Shown here piece after piece: positions 1 through 13,776 of a stretch of 64,000 nt of DNA. The number at the start of each line of letters is the position of its first letter. Positions within the stretch are counted from its first letter, which is position 1. Both the position numbers and the translations under genes were made by a program. The DNA is from Eledone cirrhosa (lineage: Eukaryota). The notes beneath the pieces were generated by a model. The model ran no database searches and was not told the DNA's origin. It worked only from the letters and a program-made list of their open reading frames with translations. Location of the stretch: NCBI GenBank assembly GCA_964016885.1, contig OZ024743.1:291090001-291154000 (forward strand). The letters are read 5' to 3'.

Positions 1-195
1 AAATGACGGAAACACAAATCTGGACATGGATTCCAACAACAAAAAAAAAAAATTGAAAAATAGCATGACAATATTAATACAACAAACAAAGACACAACTA
101 ACACAAAAATAACATTTGAAAACAACATCATAACAGAAAGAACAGCAGACGACAAAGTCAACAAGATTTCATTTGCACAAACAACAAAGAAATCT

Positions 196-1759
196 TTGAC
201 ATATATACCTGAAAATATTTCAGATGTGGCACGAAGAATCACAGACGCCAAACAATACATAAGTGAAGGAGAGAATGGTATTTTATCGGTAAAAATGCCT
301 CAAGAACTCACCAAAGACATTAAAAGTCGAACGGTCGTGTTCCGCACCATCAACAACACTTCAAAAACACCTGAACAGCCAACTCAAGCAGATATCAAAA
401 CAGTACTCACAGAAGTACTTAATGAAACCACTTTCATAAGAAAAGGCAGACTGTATGGAAGCCTAGCAATTATTATGAAGAACGAATCGGCGGCAAAAAA
501 ATGTGCTTTGTCACCGATTCGTTCGAAAAATGTTAACTTTTATCCATCTTATATGGGTAAAAGAACTCAACGCATATGGCTGGATGCAATGATGCCAGAT
601 GTGGAATACTGCTGGCTCATAGCTGGCTTCATCGATCCAGTGAATGACAACGTGATTTCCATTGGGAAAACCACAGGCAATGCGTTCAGTGGAACAGGTA
701 TAGAGCTGGTAGTGCAAATGAAGCCTGAACGCATCGTCCAAATACCCGACAGAATCCTATTAGAGGGCCACGGGTATATAAACGTTAGCGTGGAGGGAAG
801 AAGGCCGTCCTGTCATATCTGTGCAGGCAGAGGGCACCTGAAGGCCGCTTGTCCCCAACTCTTAAAAAAAAAGAAAACCCTGCTACCAACACCAGCTCCA
901 CCACCACCACAACATATAAACAAACAACAAAACTAAGTCCCACCCAACCCGTCCCTCAGTAAAACTACACCACCACTACAACACAAACACTCACAACACA
1001 TTACCCCAAAACAAAATATAGGCCCACCCAACCCCTCACTCAATAAAACAACACAACCACCGCAGACACAACACACAACACAGTCTAACATAGTGACATC
1101 CATCTCCCCCACAAAGAAAACCAACACGGAAACATTACCAGCAAACATACCTCTTCCCTCCAACACTGAAGATGACCCAACGAATTCGGAGGAAGTAACG
1201 GAGTCCTTCAGACAGATTAAAAGGAAAAAAAGAAAACATGTGCAAAACACGCAAGGCCGAATAAACCCCCACCCAAATGTCAACACAATCCAACAAAACA
1301 GAAAACACCCCTCCAGCAACAAAGAAAACCAAACCTGCCCCTCCCCTCTTCGAAACACTCACACCATCCGAAAAAAAGACATTACACTATACTTACATCA
1401 ACAGAAACAATAATAAATTAAATGAACTCATATACAATAATCCTTCGGTACAAACCGAAGGTGTAAACTTTGTTTCTTCAGAAAACTACCCTCATTTAAA
1501 ATTAATAAAGATCCCAATGAACCTCTACCAAAAACTAAAAAAGGATTTTAAGGAGGACGTAGGACCACCCTCTCTCAAACCCATAAACCGCGTCCTACTA
1601 AAAAGCTTTCCCCTTCCCCTTCCCCTCCCCAACACAACTCCAAACACCCCAACCCCACCACACACTGACGACCCCACACCACCACAATACACCCCTTCAC
1701 CCAACACCCCCGACCCCATGGAAGTCGTGCGACTCGAACCCCGGGAAGCGGAAAGGTAG
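196..1759 (+). pseudogene. Tx1 ORF1, gag-like nucleic-acid-binding protein, broken into 196-936, 1093-1413 and 1277-1759
   Basis: VEGRRPSCHICAGRGHLKAACP knuckle plus Pro/Thr-rich tail; homologous to 58667-60160. Confidence 0.85.
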
Positions 1760-1792
1760 GTCTCTACACTCTCCTTTGGCTCTGCCGCCCAC

Positions 1793-4700
1793 ATGGATGT
1801 GTTAAGAGTAGGATGTTTGAATGCACGTGGCCTGAGCTCAACTTGGAAGCAAGCTAAGCTTCTAAATGACCTCAGGTCACGTGGTATAAATGTAATGGTT
1901 ATCATTGAGACTCGGATCAGCGTCGTGCGGCAGCTGGCCCCTACCTTCAATGACTTTAAGGTGCATGCATCTCTCTGTCAACCTGGAGGTGGGGGTGGGG
2001 TTGTCGTACTGCTGAAAAAACACCTGGGTCTTGCCGTACAGGTTGTGCACTCGGACCCGGAGGTTCGTTTGTTGGTGCTAGACGTTGGCAGTAGTGAAGG
2101 TGCGGCCTTGAGACTGGTCGCCGTCTACTCCCCTTTCGGAGCTGAACGGCCCGACTCCTTCCAGCGTTTGGAGACTTTCCTGGGAACGTCGCGTTCCCTG
2201 CTTCTAGCGTGGGATTGGAATGACATCCTAGATGCACGTTGGGACTATGCAGGAGCATGTCCTAATAGAGGGATGTGTAACAGCCTCAAGGGGTTACTCG
2301 ACCATTTTAACTTGGTCGATATATATCGACTAGATTTTCCAACTGTGCCTACCTGGACTTGGAGAAACCACAGTGATCAATCTAGATCGTACTTAGATAG
2401 ATTCTTAGTTAGAAGTAAGGATAGGGACATATTAAGCTGTCCAGAAATGCGCACGGTTGGCTACACGGATCACAAATTAGTGACCTACGTAGTCAATGTC
2501 GAGAAAACACATATACAGGGTCCCGGTTACTGGAAACTTAATTTGTCTTTACCGGCAAAAGAGACTTACAGAAACCGGATTAGCAGATTAGTTAAGGAGA
2601 GGTTGACGGGTGCAATCGTCAACAACCGATGGTGGGCATCTCTCAAAAGAGAGATTAGAACAGAATCAATAAGTTATAGCAAGATGTTAGCTGCCGATAG
2701 GAATAGAAACGAGAAAGAATTAACGGGTAAATTAGAAGTGGCAATCAAGAGCGAAGATGTGGCCAGAGGACGGCCTTGAACCAGTTTTTCGATGCAAAGC
2801 ACGAAGGCTGCGTCATTCGAAGTAAAATACGTGCTCTAGGTAATGAGGGGGCCAAAACCGTTGGCTGGGCCCGCGTGACAGAAGCTAAGAGTGGAAATCG
2901 ATCCACCATCCGGTCGTTGCAAGACGAAGATGGACGGGTGATCCGGGAGCCTAAGCAGATGTGCGAGGTCTTTCAAAGGCACTTTGCCCGATTATTCGGG
3001 GGAGTCGAGGGTCCGGGCGGGGACGTGGATTTCGGTCCATACCTCGACGGCCTGCCGCGTCTCTCGAGCGAAGAGGCAGAGTCCTGCGAGGGACCAATCT
3101 CGGCTGATGAGATCGGAGATGCGCTGAGCCAATGCAGCAGACGCAAATCTCCAGGTCTCGATGGTATACCTTACGAACTTTATTTAGCAATGCCGGTCTT
3201 CTTCTCTGAACTCCTCGAAGCGGTCTACTGCAATTGGCAGCAGAACGAGAGAATTCCTTGTTCTGTAGCCAAGGGCGTAGTCACGCTGGTGAGGAAGGAC
3301 GAGGACAAGGGAGATAGTATAAATAATGTTCGGCCCATAACCCTGCTAAACACAGAGTTAAAGATTTTGGCCAAGGTGTTAGCAAAGAGGTTAGCGCTTG
3401 TCGTGGGTGGTCTGGTGGTAGATGCGCAGACATGTGCTATCCCATCCATGTCCATTCACGATAACCTCCACCTCATGCAATACATCATAGAGAGGGTTGG
3501 CAACAAACCATCTTCGGTGGGGCCCTGATCAACTTGGATCAGTCTAAGGCCTTCGATAGGGTCGACCCTGGTTACCTGGATGCGGTGCTAGCAGCGGCTG
3601 GGTTCGGTCCTGTTTTCAGAGGCTGGATCACTGCCTTACATAGCAACCACATCTGTTCTAGGTTCAAGGTGAACGGCTACCTTTCGAAGCCGTTCGAAAT
3701 CACACGATCCATTCGACAGGGGTGCCCGCTCTCCTCCCTTCTGTACGTATTGACTCTCGAGCCTTTACTGAGGAAGTTGGAGTTGTTGCAGGGTATCCCC
3801 GTGGAACCAGGATTGAGCAAAGCGGTGTCGGCCTACGCCGATGACGTAACAGTAATGGTATCGACCGACTCGGAGATCGAGGCGATCGGTACCTTACTGG
3901 AGGATTACGAAAGGTTGTCAGGAGCGAAACTGAACCGGGAAAAATCCATAGGGCTGCAACTCGGAACGTGGAGAGGCAGACTGATGCCTCCCGACGGTGT
4001 CGTCGGACACTGGACGGAGGGCCCGGTAAAGTGGCTTGGGGTCTGGTTTGGACCGGACCTCCAGGTGGAAAAGAAATGGAACGAGGTTACGAACAAGGTG
4101 TTTGCACTAACCCAGGAATGGGCCAAGTGTAAGCTGTCCCTAAAAGGCCGGGCGGAGGTGGCGAACATTTACATAGCGTCCGTCACTTACTACCGCCTGA
4201 CTATCGTGCATTGCCCTAAGGAAGCACTCACCACCATGGAACGCCTGCTCTTCCAATTTCTTTGGAAGAAGCGCCCTCCTATGGTGAGAAGATCCATCTG
4301 CTGCCAACAACCTTCGAAAGGAGGGCTGGGGATGCCGTGGTTGATGATGCGTAGGCCCGCATTAAGGCTACGGCACCTACAGGTATTCCTCACTGGTCAA
4401 CAGGTGTGGGCTCCGTTCGTGAAACGAGCCTTTCCGAGACTCGTCTCGCTCACCGAGCTGCAGTCCAGGGTCAAGCAAAGATCCGGAAAACTGAGATACT
4501 GGCACACTGAGTGTGCTCAGGTGCTCAGGGCTCTCTGGCAAGCGGGCCAAGCCGTCGGTGGAGAATCCACCTCATCATTCTATAGAGGGCTGGTGGCTAG
4601 CAGGGGCGATGACACCCTTGGAGAGTCGCTGAACATGGAAGAGGACGAACTGGCCAGCCTGTTCGGTAGGACTTTCGGCCCGGGACCAATGGACAACTTG

Positions 4701-5220
4701 CAGAAGTCACTAGCCTGGCAGTGCTACCGGGGGGCTCTACCTGTTCGAGAGAGGCTCTACAGACACGGGCGCCCGGGCAGGGATCCCTCAAAAAAGATTT
4801 GCCCTAGATGCGTGCTTCACAAAGAAACCGTTGCGCACGCATTGGTGCAATGTCCGGGCGTGGCTGATCTGTGGGGCTACGCCGAACGACTGCTGTCGCG
4901 GGTGGCGCCGGTTCAATTGACCGACGAGTCCGTGATGACAATCAAACCGCCTCCCCTCTTCACAAAGGAAGCAAAGGCGGTTTTTCTGTGCGTAATAGCC
5001 ATGTTGAAAGAGGTTGTTTGGTGGAAACGATTGAAAGGTCTGAGGTTCAGGCAACTTCCTCTCTGACCATAGTCTGGTCTACTTCTTCCGATATCACTTC
5101 GGAAGAAGGATAAGAATGGAGAGAGAGGTGCTTGGCCACAGACATTTTTATGAAAGGTGGGTGATAGTGGCGAGACTGGCTCGTGTAAATGGGCCTTCTC
5201 TGTATACCATCCTGTAGGTA
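1793..5220 (+). pseudogene. Tx1 ORF2 (APE endonuclease, reverse transcriptase, zinc finger), frameshifted
   Basis: Consecutive ORFs 1793-2779, 2776-3528 and 3534-5066 carry the APE, RT and Cys/His motifs in order. Confidence 0.93.
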
Positions 5221-5428
5221 AAGAAGTGAAGGAGAGGGGAGCACCTTCTCCACGTGCTCCTCGGGCAAAGGATCCCACACTTTTTCGGGGGTGTGTGCAA
5301 CCCCATCACGTCCCCTCCCATTTGAGGTTATTTTCGATTATTTTCATTTTATACCCTTTTTACTCGATTGTATGTAAACTCCCCCTTTGCATTTGTCCCT
5401 TCTTTTTATGCCATTATGGTAAATAAAG

Positions 5429-5504
<76 letters not shown>

Positions 5505-5574
5505 TTGAAAATCGGACAGAAAAGCTCAGAAGTATTGTTTGCAGTAACAGGTTGTGACTAATGTGAGCTGTATA

Positions 5575-5764
5575 GTGGATTGGCAGTATCTGTAGATGGT
5601 CGGATGCCATGCTTGCAGCATAGAGTTACTGCCCTTTATCGTCTGAGTTCAAATCCCGCCGAGGTTGACTTTGCCTTTCACCCTTTAGGTGTCGATAAAT
5701 TAAGGTACCAGTATGCACTGGGATAATTGCTGGCCTTGTGACAAAAAAATAGTAACAATTATTA
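5575..5764 (+). mobile_element. tRNA-derived SINE with Nin/Deu-like core
   Basis: A-box-like TGGCAGTATC, B-box GAGTTCAAATCC, core GCCTTTCACCCTTTAGGTGTCGATAAA, 3' GGCCTTGTG..AACAATTATTA. Confidence 0.88.
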
Positions 5765-6180
5765 AAGAGTAGACGTCATAATCTAGACTTTTGTGCGAGT
5801 ATTATTAAATAGGGGAAATAATACCATAAACGATTTCTACTCGCTATAATAGAGATTCATACGAAAGCCTATACGGTAAACTTATGTATAATAAACAGAA
5901 ATGTTTCGCAGTGAACATTCCAATGTGTTATCATGTCACAACTATCTTACTAACCACGTGGGTAATTCAAACAGATGTTTCTGAATTGCTATCCACCGTA
6001 AGAGAAATTTACTTAATCGGTATTGAAGAATAAGCCAGAACTAATATAGTTTTGCGTATGAAACATCAGATGGAAATGTTAATTTGCATATTGTGCTGGC
6101 TAGGATTAATTAGCAGTAGCATTTACATAGAGCGGTTCATTAGCGATGTGTATATGAAGGCACATACGGTGTGTTTATAT

Positions 6181-6345
6181 ATAATTGTTTCTACTTTTTG
6201 GCACAAGGCCAGCAATTATCCAGTACATTACTGGTACTTTATTTTATCGACCCCGTAAGGATGAAAGGCAAAGTTAACATCGGCGGGATTTGAACTCAGA
6301 ATGGCAAGGGCCGTAACTCTATGCGTCAAAGCATGACGTCCGAAA
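6181..6345 (-). mobile_element. Same SINE family, 5'-truncated
   Basis: Reverse complement of the SINE body, including GGATTTGAACTC (B box). Confidence 0.88.
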
Positions 6346-6989
6346 CATACAAGAGAACGAATACACTACGAAAACACAAATAACGATTTACAAAATACCT
6401 AACAAATATATAATTAGCGAGAATTTAATATAGAACTAACATATACAAAGATATATCCAATAAACAACAAAATATAACAAAAACAAAACCCTAAAAGATG
6501 TACAGAATCGTTAGCAACAAAAACCAATTTGGGCTCTGTCAACTAAATGTGCAGCTGGAAACGAATATGATGAGTGAGGTGTAGAGAACTGGAACCTAAA
6601 GATTAGATTTATTTCCATATTATGGTACGATGAAAACCTTCAAAGAATTCACGAAATTACATCTCTCTCAATTCAAAAGAATGCAACGCCCAACATAAAT
6701 ATTACTGATGAAATAGCAATAACGATAAAAATGCTAATTCAATGTTGATCATAAAAAACGAAAATTCCTATATTAATTGTTGATCCCGAATGAGGAAACA
6801 AACACGGACAGGCATATACATGACAAAAACCTCAGGACCTATGAATATATAGAAAATACAGAAAATAGCATTAGAAGGTACTGCATACAAAGAATTATTT
6901 CAATACATGAGAGGCAACACCAGAACAAGAGTATACATAGCCAATATGCTAATAGCTGTGCTCAGTAATTCTCCGGAAGCACGTAACGA

Positions 6990-7210
6990 AAATAATGATA
7001 ATTGTTTCTGATTTAGGAAAAAAAAAACCGACAATTTGAAGGAATGGGAAGTCGATTGAATCGAATCAGTGCATTACTGGTACTTTTGTATCGACAGCAT
7101 GTGGATGAAAGCCAGCGTTAAACACAGTGGGATTTTAATTCAGAATGTAAGGGTCGTAACTATATACCGCAGAGCATGTTTTCCACCGATCTGACAGTGT
7201 TGCTAGCAGT
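6990..7210 (-). mobile_element. Diverged SINE copy
   Basis: CATTACTGGTACTTTTGTATCGAC...GGATGAAAG...GGGATTTTAATTCAGAA resembles the SINE reverse strand. Confidence 0.7.
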
Positions 7211-7213
7211 AAT

Positions 7214-9010
7214 ACAACAATAACAATTCTTTAATAGCCACGCAATGCTCTCATTAAGAAATCATTAAGGATGGCACACCAAAAGATAATTCCGGGCGTC
7301 TTTTTGCGTGGGAAACAAAATAACCGAACACAATTAACACTGTCAAATTCAAACAAAAGCAAAATCTGTAATAGGGTGGAAAACATCAGAATGTCACTCA
7401 TGTAGAAAGCCTCAAAAATGCCAGTCACACTGACTGTTAGGGCAAGAGCCCTATCCAAGTTGTCGTAATTTAATCTACAAACACATATTCCGAACGGACC
7501 CAATCATTCAAGCCATGATCACCACTATTACCAATATTCCAACAAACTGTTTGGAAGGTAGCACCTCCCTTTCCTCATTGATTTTTCTCCTTAAGTGAAA
7601 CTTGAAAACGTTAATCAGGGCTTCACCGAAGGAGAGAGTACTTGTCTTTAAGCATTTTCCACACGTCTATGAAACGATCTCCTTCGCCATGGTCATCAGC
7701 TTATAGCTAGTTCTGTCCTACACGTGACAGCACAAGTTCGACATAAACCTATTTGTCAGCAATATTTGATTAGTGCGTGCAGGAATTTTTTGTCACCCTG
7801 CATACAGCTCGGTAAACCTAGGCCGATGGCACATCCATGCTTGTAGAGTTAATCTAGAACTGGTGATGTGCGCCGGTTGCACTGTCAGCCTATCGGATTC
7901 TGGAAGTTATCCTTCGGCTTTGGACTGGAAATCTTCCGGAAAAGAGAGGCTTGTTTATTTTCTCCGATCACCAAAATCTCTCCAAGAATATCATCGATTT
8001 TACTCGCAACTAAGCAGCTATTGAACACCAAGGCGGAGTTTCCACTGATCGCGCCGTTCGATTAGCATAGCAATATCGGAGGTCGAATCCAAATTCCAAG
8101 CCATCACTCTTTGCCTTTGCTTGTCCCAATACGGTAGCTCCGTCACGCAGTCGATTAATGGAAACACGCTTTAAGCAAAAAGCTACCTCAACTGTTCGCC
8201 GTCAAGGAAAATTGCAGATAGCGTAACCTCAGCTAATGTTTCCGTATCATTAGCCACGGGGTGTCTCGTCCTCACGCATTGGGCATTGTCAGCAAATTGA
8301 TCGATCGACTGTTCTCAGGCGCACCTTCCAGAAAATGCGAAGAAATTATTGCTCTAGTAGAGTCACATGTTAACCTGAAGAGAGTCACATGTTAACCTGA
8401 ATAAGACACGAATTTTAGGGGTTGTAGATGACGGACGCTATGTATGTGTTTGCCAAATTGAAGTTCTTGATTGTGGTGGTGGTAGAGTTGTCTAGAAGAT
8501 GGTGTGGATAATGACATTTATTGCCGCACCATTTTTATTTTCTGATTGCGAAAATCAGTTTCTCTTTTCCTTTCATACTTTTCTTTTCATTCTAGGGGCA
8601 CACGTCTTAACAAATCTCACACTCATCACAATTCATGGCTAACATTGTGACGGTGGAGACGAGTATGTCTACCATAGGCGTTGGCTTTCTTTCTGTTGCT
8701 GGTCTTGGTGTTTCTTTTGACATCTTCTAAGCAGATTAGGCTCTTCCTGGCGGTGTTGCTGTTGTTGCACTTATTGTGGTTGCTTGTGGTTTTGTTGTTT
8801 TTCCCATGGGTTTTGGTGTTGGAATGAGAGAAGGCTTTGCCACTTTCCTAAACAGTTATATGTAGAAAACCTTAATCTGGGTCTTTGCGCTATACGTCTG
8901 ACACTTTGGCGTTCCACTCTCCTCGGTCACGGTTATTACGTCGGAGAAGACACATTAAACGGAAAACTTAAAACAAATCTTGTGAAATTTGTCCTGGCAA
9001 ATGATGCCAT
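7214..9010 (-). mobile_element. Old, internally deleted Tx1 copy (ORF1 relic joined to ORF2 3' region)
   Basis: Minus strand near 7560-7750 encodes MAKEIV..FGEALINVFKFHLRRKI; near 8230-8330 matches LWKGR..SIC..PWLM; near 8880-8915 is a decayed knuckle; boundaries approximate. Confidence 0.75.
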
Positions 9011-9547
9011 CTTCTAAACTTATAAATATGAAGATAGTATAAATTCATATATTCTCACGGCCGAGGCTATGTCTTTTCGGGAATTCAAAATTACTTATGA
9101 TGAGGGAAATACACATTTATATAAAATAATTGCACAACTAGTACTATCGCATTAACAATATGGATATATGTTATTCCTTGACATGAAATATATGTGATAA
9201 ATCGTATATTATTACCACAGGTCCAATATATCAAGTTCGTAATTGATGAAAGAGAATGAAATATCGGAAATTATAAAATTATACAGGCAACTAAAATTAA
9301 ATTTCTAAGATCTTCAGATATTAACTGACGGAAATTAGACGAAGTTTAATTTATAACGATACCTATCTAAGATTGGATGAACATATCACCTATCATAATT
9401 GTATGGGCAAAATGGCCCAGAATACTCTATATTCTATGAGAAAAGGTTTTTTTTATATGCGTAACATCAAAATATGAATAGTTTTAAAGCATTACACTCA
9501 CACACATACAGTGACATTCACTTGATATATATATATATATATATATA

Positions 9548-9739
9548 GGAAAAAGTATGACTCCGACGGCAGAGCTGAAGCCGTTTCGACGGCTATTTCT
9601 GGACTCCAGAAATAGCCTTCAAAACGGCTTGAGCTCTGCCGTCGGGGTCATACATTTTCATATTTCCCACTCTACTACCCTAATTACTGCGTACTCTGGT
9701 GCGTTATGGTCCATCAGATTCCTTACCTCAATTCCTTTG

Positions 9740-9741
<2 letters not shown>
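9548..9741 (-). repeat. Short (TA)n-embedded element with a 99-bp palindrome (9555-9653)
   Basis: GTATGACTCCGACGGCAGAGC...GCTCTGCCGTCGGGGTCATAC; homologues at 22315-22504 and 23923-24012 share GGACC(C)ATAACGCACCAG. Confidence 0.85.
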
Positions 9742-9803
<62 letters not shown>

Positions 9804-10235
9804 TTGTTATATGGGGGGGGGGTATGTAAAAGGTAAACAGAGATAACAACAAAATGGGTACAGAATATGGAAGGAATATATTAGGTTAACGCTTGAAATA
9901 ACAGGAAGAGGGTCTTAAAGTCTCGGACGCTAGTCCTTATAAAAAAAATGAGAAATAAGATAGATTGAAGAGAGGGGCTGGGTAGAATTGGAAAAAATGT
10001 CTTTAGATTAAATATAACAGGTCCATTCATGTTGACATCTGGAAAAATGTTGGTGTTGGCGTTGTTTATATGATATATTTTTTTTAGAAAAGTGGATGAT
10101 GGAGCACGTCTACCTTAAATGGAAAAAAATGTTTTATATAAAGAGCTATACTTTTGCGCCAGTGCATGCCTGTATGTGTGTGCGTGTGTGTGTGTTTGTA
10201 AGTACGAAGCTATGAGCAAAATATATTAATATAAC

Positions 10236-10322
<87 letters not shown>

Positions 10323-10404
10323 TACATATATATATATATACATATATATACGGCGATGAATTTGTTTTGCAAGGTTTTCGATAATTGCGTTGAAACAAAA
10401 ATTG

Positions 10405-10537
10405 TCATATTTGGGGAGGGTCATATTGTTATAATATTCCCGAAAATAGTAATAAAACACACTCACTGTTTGATTTGGATTGGTTTTTGGTTTAGATGGC
10501 AATCAATGTCTATCATTGATTGACCAACGGTTAAGAA
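10405..10537 (-). repeat. Solo copy of the terminal region of the Penelope-like element ending near 36905
   Basis: Reverse complement matches 36745-36905 (TTAACCGTTGGTCAATCAATGATA.ACATTGATTG...AAACAGTGAGTGTGT). Confidence 0.8.
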
Positions 10538-10682
10538 TATATATATAAATATATATATAGTCTATCAAATTTCTACCATCACACACCTGTGAGATCACCA
10601 GTGGTACTGTTATGTTTCCTTCAGTTCTATTGTAATGTTTATTCCATAATTATTTATTTATTTATTATTGGCTCTGTTGCGC

Positions 10683-11361
10683 ATGCTTTTCTATATATTC
10701 TTCGGAAAATATATTTACTCCATTCCAGAAACTAATTAGTTGGAAGTGATATTTTAGTAAGTAAGTCAATTTTATAATTTTTTTTATAATTTTATAATTT
10801 TCTTATCTTACGTCTCTCATATTATTGTTCTGCAACCCAATGCATTGAACCACAATGTTACTAAGACAAAACCTATATATTTGCTAGCATTGATATGCAT
10901 CTGTATGTATATAAATGTTACTAGATATAAATTCTTTATAAGTATCTCCAATTCATTTGTCGAGCAATATTGGCCATGACTGCTGCTATAGTAGTAGGCA
11001 GGCCGCTGTCTTATTAACAACTCGCTTTCCACTGATTGACCTCGATGTCACGAGATTGATTCTTTTTGAATTTGCCACAAACGTAGAGGCAGTGATTTTC
11101 TCAAAGGCTAGGATTCGTTATTTCCTTTCCACGCTTCGTTATTTCCTTTCCACTGAATTATTTTTTAATAAGTTTTCAGAGTCCTCGCTATGCCTGGAAA
11201 CTTACATGAAAATAGACTTTCCTGACGACGGAATGCTTTTTAATATATTCTTCGGAAAATATATTTACTCCATTCCAGAAACTAATTAGTTGGAAGTGAT
11301 ATTTTAGTAAGTAAGTCAATTCTATAATTTTTTTATAATTTTATAATTTTCTTATCTTACG

Positions 11362-11369
<8 letters not shown>
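10683..11369 (+). repeat. Partial tandem direct repeat (10683-10819 / 11233-11369), Penelope pseudo-LTR-like
   Basis: About 135-bp near-identical direct repeats; the second overlaps a hammerhead fold. Confidence 0.8.
11216..11297 (+). ncRNA. Type I hammerhead ribozyme (family A)
   Basis: Helix I ACTTTC/GGAAGT; core CTGACGA; helix II GGAATG/CATTCC; GAAAC; palindromic helix III ACTAATTAGT; GUU cleavage triplet at 11289-11291. Confidence 0.82.
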
Positions 11370-11460
<91 letters not shown>

Positions 11461-13776
11461 AACAAATTAAAATTCTCTCCAAATGACTGCTTTCCACACC
11501 AACACCACAATAGTCTAACCTCAATGAGATAAATGACGATATCTCACACTTCTGTAGAAAATTACGTCTCACAGAGGAATTTTTCGACAAGGAGAATAAC
11601 GACCAATCAATTGTACGGAATAATGGGCAACTACAACCCAACGGAGGGTAGGAACAGGGTCCTGGACAAATTTTGTGATCACATAGCAACTTTCCCATAC
11701 CTTGACATACCGCAAGCTAAACCCAAACCCAAGACGAGTCGAAGGGAATGGAAGATTATCCATGAACTGAAAAAACAATACGGACATTATACTAAAGGAA
11801 GCGGACAAGGGAAGTACTGTCGTAATTATGGATGCTGAACAACATGAACATTCTATGTTCTCTCTCTTACGAAATACTAACTACTATGAAAGAGTAAAAA
11901 ACTACCAACAATAAAAAACGATGACCAAATTAAACATACTCATGTGTCGATACCAGGAAGACTTAACTAAAATGGAACGCGATTATTTAACACATTTTGA
12001 ATACAAAACCAGCACCCTTTACGGACTTCCGAAAATCCACAAGTGTAAAATAATTAATGATGCCTGTAAACAATCCACCTCAAACTGCGTGAACACACAA
12101 TACACCACATAACTTAAATTAAGACCAATTGTAGCGGGCCCACAATGTGAAACACAGACTGAGCAACTTTATAGACATACTGCTAAAATCAATTCTCAAA
12201 CACATACCGATCCTAGTAATAGGCGATCTGGACCTCTTAAACCACCTCCCCAAACATGTCAACGACGACACTATTATTGTGTCTTTCGATGTAGTGAATC
12301 TGTATACAACGATCCCGCACCAATACGGACTAGAAGCAATACGATTCTGGCTAGAGAAATATCCCAATGAGATATCTGACAGAACAGAAAAAAGCTTCAT
12401 CACCGGGGGATTAACATTTATTTTCCACAACAACTTTTTTTTATTTCGATGGCAGTACTTACAAGCAAATATTGGGCACTGCGGTGGGTACAAAAGACGC
12501 TGCAATTTATGCCAACTTAGTCATGGCATACTTGGAAGTCCAGATATATGAATAGTCTAAATAAAATACCGATTGAACTTCCACAAATATATATCAGAGC
12601 ATTGCAAACGCTACTTAGATGATTGTCTCATTATTTGGTCTCACACGCTCGACCAACTAAATGATTGCAAACATTTAATTGACGGCATGAAGAAGCATAT
12701 CCAATTCACAATGGAATACAGCCAAGATTAACTCCCATTTCTGGACATCTTAATCTTAAAAAAAGACACAAATATTGGAATGACATACACTACAAACCAA
12801 CAGATTCCAAACAATACCTGCTATTCATCTCCAACCATCCAAAGCACACGAAGACGAACATCCCTTTTAACCTAGCAAGAATAATTTGCACAATTGTCTC
12901 CAATTATGAAACGAGAAAATTAAAGGAAATTCAAAAATTAAAGGAAATTCTACTTGAAAGACAGAACCCACCATTACTAATAAATAATGGAATATAAAGG
13001 ATTAAATCAATAGGCATTGATGAATTACGAAAACAGAAACAAATTCACGGTACGTCTAATATTCTATCATATATCTCAACACACAACCCAAGAAATGCGG
13101 AAGATTACAACACTATTCACAAGAACATCCCACTATTGAAAGAAGACCCAATAATGAAAAATGCCCTTGAAACACACAAAATAATCAAAAGAAAATGACA
13201 GCCGGAATCACTAAAAACATTATTCACCAATGCCAAATTACTTACTACAAACCCACAACCAACTGTCAAAAAATGTGATCGTTCTAATTGTGGAACCCTA
13301 ACTCACCTCATTGAAGGCTACACGTATACATATCAATCAGGACAACATTTTCATTGCACATAAAAAAATCTACTTAATTCCATTAATGTAAAGGGTGCAA
13401 TGAAGATTATATAGGACAAACTAAACTCACACTCAGAAACCGAATTACAGTTCATCGCCAAAAATTACAAGATCCAACCACGAGACAGATACCACTAAGT
13501 GCATATCTAGACATATGCGCAAGTAATAAGACACACACATTCCAAGTCTTCCAATTTTATCTTTGCGCTGACTCTACAACAGAACAAATACGAATAAATA
13601 AAGAAAATGTGTTTATTCAAAAATATAGACCAGCATTAAATATAGTTCAATATACATTATGCCAACACCATAACAAGCTAACCATCAAACAGACACATAC
13701 ATGCACACACATAACACCTACTTTAGAAAATAAAAACCATAACTAAATAAATTTAACACACGTTAATACTCTAACA

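Larger units (their letters stand above)
1..5430 (+). mobile_element. Tx1/L1-clade non-LTR retrotransposon, copy 1 (5' end probably outside window), disrupted
   Basis: ORF1 with CCHC knuckle CHICAGRGHLKAAC; ORF2 with APE (LNARGL, SYLDRF, YTDH), RT (RPITLLN, QGCPLS, AYADD) and C-terminal CPRC..H..C; 3' UTR ends in AATAAAG followed by (TA)n. Confidence 0.95.

Noticed and set aside
8359-8401. Short tandem duplications (about 22 bp here; about 32 bp at 25661-25719; about 21 bp at 11114-11153)
   Set aside because: Ordinary local slippage or repair duplications
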